From Phoronis australis (lineage: Eukaryota > Animalia > Phoronida), in contig NMRA01000179.1 in NCBI GenBank assembly GCA_002633005.1, positions 8,254-72,253 of the forward strand: a stretch of 64,000 nt of DNA. The letters run 5' to 3'. Positions within the stretch are counted from its first letter, which is position 1. The number at the start of each line of letters is the position of its first letter. Positions 1 to 11,938 of this stretch are shown in pieces. Made by a program: the position numbers and the translations under genes. Under the pieces are notes generated by a model. The model did not search any database and was not told the origin of the DNA. It was given only the letters and a program-made list of their open reading frames with translations.

Positions 1-158
1 GGGAAACGCTTGCCTCCTAAAACGTCACTTCCGGAGTAGCGGACGAGTAATTTATAAAATTACGAAAAGCTGTAATTAAGTGGAAAATATGTCTAGGATA
101 ACCAACCAACCTTATTTTAGCTCAAAATGACATGGAAAAAGGTTGCCTTTGCCTTTAA
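1..158. mobile_element. Right terminal inverted repeat of a Kolobok-like DNA transposon (same family as 2927-4460)
   Basis: AACGTCACTTC..AAAATTACG..GGATAA..AAAATGACAT..AAAAAGGTTGCCTTTGCCTTTAA aligns by eye with 4327-4460 and ends in TTAA. Confidence 0.65.
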
Positions 159-845
159 TGTTGGCACTGCGCAAATCTTTGTTGTCCCGTATTGTTTTGG
201 TTAGGCTACATTGAGAGCACGGGTCTGAAATTGCAGTAAACCATGTTTCAGGTAACCTATCAATCTGTACAAGTAATCAATGAACTTGACCCTGTTAGAG
301 AAGCATAGCCTGTAGTAATGACAAATTTAAAGATGTATCTGCATTCTCCTATTTTATTTAATGTATTGCAGGAATTAAACTGCAATTACATTTTAATGTA
401 ATGTACACTAAACAAAGTGCAGTTGTTTTCATTGACAGCTTGTATATGTGAAAACGAAAAAAATATGCAAATAGATGACCTTTGAACTAATGACGTACCT
501 CACGGGCTCACACAGACCGCATCATGCAGTGCTATTGCTCAACACCACGTCACGATACTTACTGGACACGGTTCAGTGATTTGCGGCGCATCATTTTTGC
601 TGCAAAACTTGTTCTTAAAAACATTTGGCAATTTTCAACCTTCTTCACATCGCCATTAAATGTGTTTCTAGCCAATTTGGTCAAGCAATCACAGAGATAA
701 GGAGTTAGCCTGCAAGTTTCACAAGTTGTGTCCCAGTACACAAACCAAAACTAATTCTCCAGAAATGGTGCTGTATGTGGCATTGTTGTAAGGAATGTAA
801 CATCTTGTCATGTCAACGCAATAAATGATCTTTGAAATGAGAAAA

Positions 846-1240
846 TCAAAAATCTCCGCTGACTCTGCTCGTTTGATCACCACAAAAATGAAGTCGACAT
901 GTTGTAGTCTTTCTACGGAGATTTTCTACATTTACCAATGATAAACTTGTGTGCTTGATAACTGACTCCATAGAGCAGATGATTTCATCAACCTTAAATA
1001 CTCGAAGGTTGCCGACAAAATTCAAACCCTTGGATAATATTAACAACTTGCTGCAAGTCTTAGAAGATAGATAACATGCCGAATTGTTTTGGGAGATTGA
1101 AGCGCGATGGAGTTCTGAGATAAAGTCTTCCTTTGTTATCATCCAGTTTCACTTTCGAATGCTGGCCATTACCTCTCCTGTTGTTATCAGGGTCCGCTCT
1201 TGTTTTAAAGTTATCAGAGAGCTTAAGGATTTTAGTAAGT
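846..1240 (-). mobile_element. Degenerate Penelope-like retroelement fragment
   Basis: Minus-strand translation LLILSKGLNFV..KVDEIICSMESVI resembles the N-terminal region preceding Penelope-type reverse transcriptases. Disrupted; assigned from motif memory only. Confidence 0.35.
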
Positions 1241-1311
1241 ACAATGAGTGGGTTTTTATTTCTTTTATTAATTGTATTCGAATTAAATCTGGTCTGTTGG
1301 ATTACTTACAA

Positions 1312-1557
1312 TTCCTAGCACCTCAAAGGCATCATACCTCCTTCCTATCACCTCAAAGGCATTCACACCTCCTTCCTAGCACCTCAAAGGCATTCACACC
1401 TCATTCTTAGCACCTCAAAGGCATCATATCTCCTTCCTATCACCTCAAAGGCATTCACACCTCCTTCCTAGCACCTCAAAGGCATTCACACCTCATTCCT
1501 AGCACGTCAAAGNTCACACCTCCTTCCTAGCACCTCAAAGGCATTCACACCTCCTTC
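1312..1557. repeat. Minisatellite, 29-30 bp unit (CACCTCAAAGGCATTCACACCTCCTTCCTAG), about 8 copies
   Basis: Direct tandem copies with a 29/30-bp variant alternation; contains one N. Confidence 0.9.
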
Positions 1558-1897
1558 GAGCTCCACCTTGTTTGTTAAGTGAGGGATAAAGTGATTTGAT
1601 GAACAAAGCCAGACGAGATCTCGGGAGAAGAGGTGGTAGGGATTTAATTTTGTAAGTCCAACAGACCAGATTTAATTTGAGTACAATGAACTTTTCTGGA
1701 TGGATCAACAATTCCATTTTATTATTCTTTGATTAATAATGTATAGGAATCGTTTCCTCAGATTTCTTCAGAAATTTAACATTAAAAAGAAAACATATTG
1801 TTATAGACATGTATTATTGTTCTCCAGGCAAATTGTTTTATGACTACGGCACATTTTAACTACTTTGGTCTTAATACACATATTCTGAATTTCCAAG

Positions 1898-4800
1898 GTT
1901 TCAGATGAGATACCAGCAGCTAAGAAGACTTTGGAAGTAGCAGCAAAATACATTGACGAGACTGTGGACGTGGCACAACTACAGGCAAGGATGAAGTATC
2001 CTCTAATCATCATTGAAGGATTGGATGCGTGTGGTAATGCGTCTTAAGTGTATCTCAACAAAGACTTTCAGGAATTCATCATCACATGATGTTGAAAATC
2101 AGTGAAGTGATAAGCCTTTGAAAAAGGAATAATCTGTCAGTTTTGGCAATTATTTTTGTGAGAAATGAAAAAGTACTTTTCAAGTTATTTATGTTAATTT
2201 TTTTCTAGTTTCCGTCAATTTCTTGCTACAACTCATTGAAGTTAGATGAATTTCAACAGTATATTTGTTTACTTTTTAGACATTTGACATCAGGTGGCTA
2301 GGTGGCGCATGTGTAGTCAAATGCTACATTTCGATAATAGTTAAAGAACACATGGACAACCGGGGCTCCAGTTTTTTATTGGGCCTCCATGAAGTATGTT
2401 CAAAAACTTACCTTTTCAATTTACTAGTTTAATTTGGCTTCCAAATTGGTATTCAGTTTGTTTTGGGAACATATTTGGCATCCAAGTTACAGTGGGCTTA
2501 GTTTGCCTAACTACTAATAGGTCAAAGAACAACACAAGTTGAGTGAGCACATAACGTCAATATTTTTATGTTACTTATTTTTTCACCTGCCTAATTACTG
2601 TGATTTTTCAAACTGTAATACCATTCTATAAATTGCTCACTAGAATATCACGTCTGTTAGAGAGTATAGATATCAAATTGGATCAATAATCGGTAACACT
2701 ATACAGCCTCACAACGGAGTGTTATGTTAACAACTGGATAGGTTTTGGTGTCAATACTACTTACAATCTATAATGATTGTAAATTGAAAATGCTGTCTTA
2801 GTCTCAACAAGCTTGACAAACTAATTCGTTACCAGACGTTGAACATTCAAAATTACAATGACGGAAAAAATAATCTCTTTTGAATTACAATGTGATTTTC
2901 AATAATATTTTTCATGTTTCTGTGGTTTTAAAGGAGAAGGCAGCCTTTTTTTAGGTCATTTTTGGTAAAAATATGTTTGTTGATTATCCCAGACATATTT
3001 TTTAGTTAATAACAGTTTCCCTTAATTTTATTTGTTAGTCATGCCTTACTCCAGAAGTGACGTTTAGGGGGTTAAGAATTTTACGACATTTTGTTTTCAT
3101 ATAGTCTGACTACGTGAGCTGTCCAATCAGTCATTGTTTCACTTCGGTTGTGATAAGTTCGGTTGTCTTTAGCGTTTGTTTACAAGTCAGTTAACATTCC
3201 GCACGGTTGCTGCGTACCGGGGTGGGCTCATTATTGTCTTGCGCGCACTACTATGCAATTGCATCGATTTCTGAAAGATGAAACACTCCGCCGTACTTTG
3301 CTGGTTCGTGTGAAAAATACAGCGTTACCCGTCCATGCAACGTATGAGACAGTGGAGAATTACCGAGTGTGTGGCAAGCATTCTCTACCGTCGGATTATG
3401 AAAGAGGCGCGTATGCGGAATTTATGAAGGTTCCTGCAAAACGACACTGTTGATTCCTGGCAGTGCCCCGTCGCCACCCCATAGAATTGCATTTTTGAAG
3501 CGAGAAGCAACGCGAGCTGTGGCCTCTATAGTGACTGGAGGCCATTCTGTATTGTCACCCGTACCTCCGGATGTACCCCAGAGTGTGCATTTCCAGGAAC
3601 TAGCAGTGATTCGCCCTGTGCTGTTGTGGTCTCCAGCCCAGAACCTGTAAGCAGTCCTGCAGCGATGTCGTGTAGTGAGATTGAAAATGGGCCCAGTTCA
3701 ACACCCACTGAGGATGACAATTTGTCGTCCAGTGTACAGGCAGGTGAGCCAGACTTGGACAAGTTTATTGTGGACCCATCTAAAGTATTGGAGATATTCA
3801 GAAGGTGCCAGCTGAGTGGCGAGGGTGTCACACGGCTGTATGTAAGTGGTTCGGGTGCTCAGGTAGCCATAAGTGGGAACAGCTTTGTCGTTCTATTGAG
3901 GTCGGCATATCAGTGCACACGGTGCATTTGGACCAAAGGGTCCCACCACGTCTGTCCTCAGTCTCTGCCTCATCCCTCTCATCAACTGTCTGTGTGTATT
4001 CTTCCTCACTATACTTGGGATCATATATCCACCCACTTACTGTTTGTGAAAAAATTCCTCGTCACCACTGCTATGAACAATGTCTTCATCACTTACATCA
4101 CTGTGTCTAATATGGGTCACTGACTCCAGTCATTTTCAGGCTACTACAAACTAAACGATTCCTAAATCCATCTTGAGTTGTGTAACAAGCCAGCTTGCTG
4201 TAGAATACTCGTCGATGAGATGTGGTGACAACAATTTCAAGAAACCATCACAAACACAACAGTAGAGCAGATCTTCACAGTAAAATCAAACACGGAAAAA
4301 AATGGTGGGAAATTCTTAACCCCCTTAACGTCACTTCAGTAGGGAATGACTAATTAGTAAAATTACGGGAAGCCGTAATTGACTGAAACACATATCTGGG
4401 ATAATCAAAGAACCATTTTTTGCTAAAAATGACATAAAAAAGATTGTCTTCTTCTTTAAATAATGGTACCATTATGATTCAGGCAATTTTTACTTTTTTA
4501 ATGACACTTGTGCTGTATTTCTTAACTCGTTTCAGTATAATGTCAAGTTACAATAAAAGTTAAATGTTTTTTCCTCTCTTTCACAGGTAAGAGCACCCTT
4601 ACACGTCGTTTGGCCGACCGCCTGAATGCTGTTCAACTGTGTACCCCACCCCCCTGTATAGCAGAGTATCGCAGAGCTTTGGATGATTACCCAGAATTCA
4701 TCAGGAGGGCGTACTATAGCTTAAGCAACTACATTGTTGTCTACGACATCGTCAAGGCTTGCCAGTCTCAGCCAGTTGTAATGGACAGGTGCTAACTGTT

Positions 4801-7046
4801 ATTCTCTTTTTACCTTGAATATTTTCAGTCATCCAGTTGAGTAATCGTATGTAGAAAAATAAATCAATTTCTGGACTTACGGTTTATTGAGATGTTGCCA
4901 AGGACGTTGGATAGGGCACTAAAGAGTATCCCGCACAAACTGTGCTGTGGATCACATGACGAGTCACGTGACACCTCAATGGCCTGATGAAGTCCTTGAG
5001 AGGAGGATGCAACGTAGCCATCTCAATAGACCGTAAGTCCAGTAACTGATTTATTTTTCTACATATAATCTATTTTTACCACTTGCCGAGCAGTGGTGAC
5101 TGCATGACTGGATGATTGTTAGCGACCTCTGGTGGTTGATGGAGGCATGTGTACGGTCAATGTAGGAAGTGGAAATTTAAACAAATATGACGCTAGAGTG
5201 CAGCTTGACATTTGATTGACAGATGAAGGCGTCATAGTTTTCTGAGGTCAAAGGTTAAATTTTCCTGGGATTATTGCTAAGGAATACAAGGACACATGAC
5301 TTTGGGAATTTTTTAATCCAGATTTAAGATCTTGATTTGGTTTAATGTATAACATTTTTTAACCACCATATGCACTAAACTAGGTTCCAACGAGGAAAAA
5401 GAAAATAATGTAGATCCGTACAACTAGGTTCACACTGCCGTATAGTCGCTGTTAAGAGTTTGTTTGGTACAAGTGCCTAATAATTTTTATATATTTGCAG
5501 GTACTGGCATAGCACTGCTGCTTATGCCATTGCTCATGAAAGTGGAGAGGGTGACATCTCTGTTCTGCCCAACAGAGGTCATGACGTGTACAATTGGCCA
5601 AGTGACCTACTTGAACCTTCAGCTGTATTGTTGTTGACTGTGTCAGAGGAAATCAGGAGTCAGCGACTCAACCTGAGAACTGACGAGAAAACATGGGAGG
5701 AAAAATATATGAGCAAAGATCTTAAGTTTCGACAGAGGTAATAAAAATTGATGAAACTTGCTGTTGAGTCTTTGTGACAGAAGCAGTGCTACCCCCACTT
5801 AGAGCAAAAAATATGAATACCCTTAGTGGTAAACTTGTGGTCATCCTTTGTTTTACAGCCAGTCTGGTTCAATCCGATTTTGTCAGTTGGGTCGTTTGAA
5901 CTGATATATGTCAGACCTTGTTCAAGCCAGCTCATTTGGTTACACAACGCGGTCGGAAAATGTCAGAGTATTGGTTCTGTAATGTGGATTTGGGACAGTC
6001 GACCAACTGTAGGTATTTTCGCGACATGCGTTGTCAACTCAACGGATATTTCGCAATGCATATATGCATATTTAGGCCCTTGTGCATAAATACGAAATAA
6101 TTCTATGGAACCCTTTTTACTCACTGAATCATGTTTTGCATAAAGACGCATATTCTTAAGTTTCACTTATAGAGGCAGGCAGGTATCCCTTGCTTATATA
6201 CTTATCTAAGCCAAGTGCTATTCTATGTGTTTTTCCCATTCCAATGCTTTTCATTGTCTAGTGAGTGCTAAATTGAATACATTTCAATACCTTCAATTTT
6301 GTAATGGATTAATATAGTTTGCTTTACATATCCATGATTCTTGTTTCCCATTAAAAGTGTCCATACTTCACAGGTAGATGCATGCATGTGCCTGCATATG
6401 TGTATACGCAATGATATGTAGGATTATTTTAGGAAATTTAAACGAAACCTTGGTGAAAATAGATTCTAGTACAGGGCTGTGTTGCCAAAGAGTAATTACA
6501 CAGTACACATTATGTTTCGTGTTTGAGAAATCCAGGTTTCCAACCCAAGTCGTTTCAGAAAAAACGAGAAATTGCCACATAGATTCTGGTCCAGTCTCAG
6601 ATATCTGTGATGGTAGACTTCATCTGGCACTTGACAGCTTCAAATTAGTGTAATGGGCTTTGTTTGCAAGCCATTACATTGTACTGAATCTGCAAGGTAT
6701 GTTATTGCTAATGGCTAAGAATGGATATTCCAAGCCATTACATTGTACTGAATCTGCAAGGTATATTATTGCTAATGGCTAAGAATGGTTATTCCAAGCC
6801 ATTACATTGTACTGAATCTGCAAGGTATATTATTGCTAATGGCTAAGAATGGTTATTCCAAGCCATTACATTGTACTGAATCTGCAAGGTATGTTATTGC
6901 TAATGGCTAAGAATGGTTATTCCAGGCTCGAGGAAGCATACCGTCGCATGAACAATCCACCATGTCTAGAGATAGACGCCAGTCCATCCAAGGAAGAGGT
7001 TGAGAAGACTGCATTTGAAAGGCTTAAAACATTAAAAGTCATTTAA
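1898..7046 (+). CDS. CMPK2: UMP-CMP kinase 2 (CMPK2)-like, thymidylate-kinase family; spliced, 5' end unresolved
   Basis: GT-AG exons 1898-2033, 4587-4788, 5501-5737 and 6926-7046 join in frame. The product reads ...YPLIIIEGLDACGKSTLTRRLA (P-loop), TPPPCI..RRAYYSLSNY..PVVMDRYWHSTAAYAIA..YNWPSDLLEPSAVLLLTVSEEIR..R..LEEAYRRMNNPPCLEIDASPSKEEV..KVI*. These motifs are characteristic of CMPK2. No start-codon exon was confidently found. Confidence 0.9.
2927..4460 (+). mobile_element. Decayed Kolobok-like DNA transposon with THAP-domain remnant, in a CMPK2 intron
   Basis: Imperfect TIRs of about 170 bp (2927-3098 vs 4295-4460), bounded by TTAA. The internal frameshifted ORF encodes a THAP C2CH remnant (PHGCCVPG..LHRFLKDETLRR..VKN..RVCGKH) and KFIVDPSKVLEIFRRC. 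TTAA target plus THAP fits Kolobok. Confidence 0.7.
4842..5072. repeat. Palindromic (foldback) element
   Basis: ATGTAGAAAAATAAATCA..CTGGACTTACGGTTTATTGAGATG at the left end is the reverse complement of CATCTCAATAGACCGTAAGTCCAG..TGATTTATTTTTCTACAT at the right end. Confidence 0.8.
6667..6925. repeat. 64-bp tandem repeat x4 ending at the acceptor of the last CMPK2 exon
   Basis: Units start at 6667, 6731, 6795 and 6859 (CAAGCCATTACATTGTACTGAATCTGCAAGGTAT..GAATGGTTATTC). Confidence 0.95.
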
Positions 7047-8406
7047 AAGGAAATTCGATTATTTCTAGATATTGCTAGAACAGGTAGTAGTTTGTTTCAG
7101 AAATACAGTGAAATTAGAAATATGTTCAACTAGACTATTTCCATATAGACACAAGTATCTCGCGATAGAAACTGTTGTTGATCATGTTCTTAGATCATTG
7201 TAGTACAATGCAATTCCTCGTAGTCATGCATGATCTTGAGTTTTTACGAGGTTATTGTGTCTATGGAATACAGGCCTGCATGGATTGTTTATCATATCCT
7301 GATGTAGCTGAACGCATCTTATGGGGTATGCCAGTTACGTGACCAAATACAATATTGTTGTTATTTAGGATCCAAAATGATGGGTTTTGCTTGTCGGTGT
7401 TTTGCATATTAGTATATTATGTGCCTTTAGCTTCTTATAATAACATTAACCAGCCATATGTTTTGTGCTCTTTGTCGCATCAACATCTGCCGTTTTGATA
7501 AGTTCAGCTTTACTTAGGCTATTTTAAAATTAATTGCTTCTCAGCTTTTTTGCACAAGTGTCTCGCAATACGTACACGTGCTTACTTTCCAGATACAGGC
7601 GCAGCTCCACGTACATTCATATTTATATGTACAGTAGGGGGCTATGATAAATAGTTGATTTGGTAATACCTGACTGCATGGTCAATGCAACCCCAGTTTG
7701 CTGATTGCCAGTGTGACCACACACTTGACTGATTCATTGCTCTAAACGTGTCCAAGTCATTGTATCTTGTTCTGTGTTTACCCAATGACTTACGATCGCT
7801 ATTGACTGTCTGTTGAAAGGGTATCCCAACTTGGAGACGGTGGTTGTCGAACCTTGATCATTGATTGGGTAACTATCCTGTGACTCTTTGAAAGATCCAT
7901 TCATGCAGGTAGGGCCCTAGTATTGCTAGAGCCACCTTGTGAAATTAAGAGCATTGATTTGATTTATTTCATTAGTATCCATTGATATTTATGAACTCTG
8001 AAGTAGAAGGTTCCAAAAATCAAGGTCATGGTCGAAACAACCACTGCTGCCAAAGCGTACGAAATTTTAAGGCTTGTTCATTGCTGTGAAATAGTGTTTT
8101 GTCTTGATGTCAAGTTTGTCTCTCCTTGATAAGGTTCAGGAATGTCATTGCTGCCAAACTAGGATATCATGGAAGCAAACTTGTTCTTAAGTAATCCAGT
8201 GTCGCTTTTAAGTGATGGGAGTGATGAGAATTTGTAGCCAAAGTGCTGAAGTGAAAATCATTGACCAAACTCATAAACTGCTGCCACAGGTGAAGCTCTA
8301 CAGGTTTCACTTTTCTCTGGTGAAATGAACGCATGTTTTCCTCTTAATGCATTTGAAGTGCCTGGTAAATTACAGGTGAGAGTGATAATACTCAAGGATA
8401 CCATAA

Positions 8407-8554
8407 TAGGTGGATCCAGGGGGTCCGGACCCCCCTTTTTTCCATGATTTTAGAGATATCACATCAAAAATTTTCATATTGTTGACCTGGACCCCCATTT
8501 TTAAAAAATCTGTGATCTTACCTCCCCTTTTAAAAAATCCTGGATCTGCCCCTG
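8407..8554. mobile_element. Short GGCGGATCCAGG-type non-autonomous element (second copy about 10406-10552)
   Basis: Inverted ends GGTGGATCCAGGGGG / CCTGGATCTGCCCCTG. Confidence 0.55.
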
Positions 8555-9559
8555 CCATATCAAGGTTGCCATTCTTCCTGGCACATCAACTACATTCAAC
8601 AACTGTCTTAATTCTGCAGGTTTTATTTGAGTCCTGTGAAGTAAACACCTATCTTTACTTAATGAATTCTTAAGTACCAGATGTATCGTGTACATTGCAG
8701 GTGGAGCTGTGACTTTTACATGTGTGTTCTAATATTGATATTTAATCGTATCAGTTACTATGAAATTTACTCACGGATGCCATTACGATATCAGATGTTG
8801 TCTGTAAGCCTAATACATTGCCAAGAAAAGCTAGAAGTGTGATTGCATGCTTCAGTTCATGCATGCTCCATCTAAAAAGCAAGAGCAAATGTCTTGATTC
8901 GTAAACCAATTCTTATCTTCATGTCCTCCACGTTGTGTGAGTGAAGTTAAGTGAGCTTGCTACTAGAGATGGGCGAAATTGCGTTATGGCTGCCAGCAAC
9001 ACAGTACAGTCATGTATGTCTTCCAAATTGTCTTTCAAGGCAATATCCCTAATCACGTTTGATAACTTCCCAAATCTACAGGACTGTAGACATTTTATCT
9101 AGTTGTTTGTGCAAATTCCTGTGGTCCTTATTTGATTGACAGACCCCATAGTTACCATTATCGCCTTGGCACAGTAGCTGGAATGAGGCACCCTATCAAC
9201 TGAAATCATGCAGTACTGTGCAGTCAAACTGTGCAGTCAAACTGCGTTAACTTGGACCCTCTCGGTATCTTTCCTGAATATTTAATGTCATCATTGATCG
9301 AATTGTATGTGCCATAGGACTTGTGGAATTTTACAGAAAGAGAAAGTGGTTTAAACCAATTAGTTCTCTCTAACGCAATTTGACTCTACTAACTCAATGA
9401 AATAAAGTATTAGTAGTTTTATATAATAATTGCAGTGCTGGTGTTTAAATTGTTGAAGAAATAAAATATGATTATAATTGCATTCTTATATTTCCTGACT
9501 TAATAGAAAATGGCCCACAACAAATTCCTTTAAAGGTATACAAGACTGTATCAGTAGTC

Positions 9560-9955
9560 AAGTGGATGGAAGAATGTTGGGATATTTTTATCAGTAACTG
9601 GAGCTGTTAGTACTCAAGAACATTTGGAGCCCCGCCGCTTTACCTAGCTCAAAAGATTTTGATGCACCAATAAAGGCAGTTAAGGAACACTATAGTCCCC
9701 AGCCAATTGTTACTGCTGAAAGGTTCAAGTTTTATAACTGGAATCGTCGCCCACGTGAGACCATTTCAGTTTTATGTTGTCGCCCTAAAGAAGCCATCAT
9801 CCACTTATGGGTTTGGTGATTTTTTTGAATGACCCCCTCGGAAGTAAGTTAATATGAGGACTACACGGCGAGCAAAAACACAAAAACGAAGTTATTCTCA
9901 GTCAAGGCATTTACATTTGTTATAGCATTTGAAACTGTGCTAGCTATAGAACTAG
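9560..9955 (+). mobile_element. Ty3/Gypsy gag remnant (duplicated at about 11540-11935)
   Basis: Translation PSSKDFDAPIKAVKEHYSPQPIVTAERFKFYNW..ETIS..GFGDFLND, typical of K02A2.6-like Gypsy gag; frameshifted. Confidence 0.7.
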
Positions 9956-9960
9956 TTAAG

Positions 9961-10079
9961 NNNNNNNNNNNNNNNNNNNNNNNNNNNNNNNNNNNNNNNN
10001 NNNNNNNNNNNNNNNNNNNNNNNNNNNNNNNNNNNNNNNNNNNNNNNNNNNNNNNNNNNNNNNNNNNNNNNNNNNNNNN
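9961..10079. other. Assembly gap
   Basis: Run of N. Confidence 1.
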
Positions 10080-11938
10080 AATTTTAAGGCTTGTTCATTG
10101 CTGTGAAATAGTGTTTTGTCTTGATGTCAAGTTTGTCTCTCCTTGATAAGGTTCAGGAATGTCATTGCTGCCAAACTAGGATATCATGGAAGCAAACTTG
10201 TTCTTAAGTAATCCAGTGTCGCTTTTAAGTGATGAGAGTGATGAGAATTTGTAGCCAAAGTGCTGAAGTGAAAATCATTGACCAAACTCATAAACTGCTG
10301 CCACAGGTGAAGCTCTACAGGTTTCACTTTTCTCTGGTGAAATGAACGCATGAAGTGCCAGGTAAATTACAGGTGAGAGTGATAATACTCAAGGATACCA
10401 TAATAGGTGGATCCAGGGGGTCCGGACCCCCCTTTTTTCCCTTGATTTTAGAGATATCACATCAAGAATTTTCATATTGTTGACCTGGACCCCCGTTTTT
10501 AAAAAATCTGTGATCTGACCTCCCCTTTTAAAAAATCCTGGATCTGCCCCTGCCATATCAAGGTTGCCATTCTTCCTGGCACATCAACTACATTCAACAA
10601 CTTTCTTAATTCTGCAGGTTTTATTTGAGTCCTGTGAAGTAAACACCAATCTTTACTTAATGAATTCTTAAGTACCAGATGTGTCGTGTAGATTGCAGGT
10701 GGAGCTGTGACTTGTACATGTGTGTTCTAATATTGATATTTAATCATATCAGTTACTATGAAAATTACTCACGGATGCCATTACCATATCAGATGTGGTC
10801 TGTAAGCCTAATACATTCCCAAGAAAAGCTAGAAGTGTGAGTGCATGCTTCAGTTCATACATGTTCCATCTAAAAAGCAAGAGCAAATGTCTTGATTCGT
10901 AAACCAATTCTTATCTTCATGTCCTCCATGTTGTGTGTGAAGTTAAGTGAGCTTGCTACTCGAGATGGGCGAAATTGCGTTATGGCTGCCAGCAACACAG
11001 TACAGTCATGTATGTCTTCCAAATTGTCTTTCAAGGCAATATCCCTAATCACGTTTGATAACTTCCCAAATCTGCAGGACTGTAGACATTTTATCTAGTT
11101 TGTGCAAATTCCTGTGGTCCTTATTTGATTGACAGAGCCCATAGTTACTATTATGCCTTGGCACAGTAGCTGGAAGGAGGCACCCTGTCAACTGAAATCA
11201 TGCGGTACTGTGCAGTCAAACTGCGTTAACTTGGACCCTCTCGGTATCTTTTCTGAATATTTAATGTCATCATTGATCGAATTGTATGTGCCATAGGACT
11301 TGTGGAATTTTACAGAAAGAGAAAGTGGTTTAAACCAATTAGTTCTCTCTAACGCAATCTGACTCTACTAACTCATTGAAATAAAGTATTAGTAGTTTTA
11401 TATAATAATTGCAGTGCTGGTGTTTAAATTGTTGAAGAAATAAAATATGATTATAATTGCATTCTTATATTTCCTGACTTAATAGAAAATGGCCCACAAC
11501 AAATTCCTTTAAAGGTATACACGACTGTATCAGTAGTCAAGTGGATGGAAGAATGTTGGCATATTTTTATCAGTAACTGGAGCTGTTAGTACTCAAGAAC
11601 ATGTCGAGCCTCGCCGCTTTACCTAGCTCGAAGGATTTTGATGCACCAATAAAGGCAGTTAAGGAACACTGTAGTCCCCAGCCAATTGTTACTGCTGAAA
11701 GGTTCAAGTTTTATAACTGGAATCCTCACCCAGGTGAGACCATTTCAGTTTTATGTTGTCGCCCTAAAGAAGCCGTCATCTGCTTATGGGTTTGGTGATT
11801 TTTTTGAATGACCCCCTCGGAAGTAAGTTAATATGAGGACTACACGGCGAACAAAAACACAAAAACGAAGTTATTCTCAGTCAAGGCATTTACATTTGTT
11901 ATAGCATTTGAAACTGTGCTAGCTATAGAACTAGTTAA

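Noticed and set aside
205-251. Possible upstream CMPK2 exon (TTAG..ATGTTTCAG|GTAAC)
   Set aside because: Splice-like ends, but stops in all three frames apart from a terminal ATG-TTT-CAG; no homology support visible.
3163-4123. Domesticated THAP gene nested in CMPK2
   Set aside because: Conserved THAP residues are altered (Cys to Trp, Pro to Leu, Trp to Leu), frames are broken, and TIRs flank it, so it is a decayed transposon.
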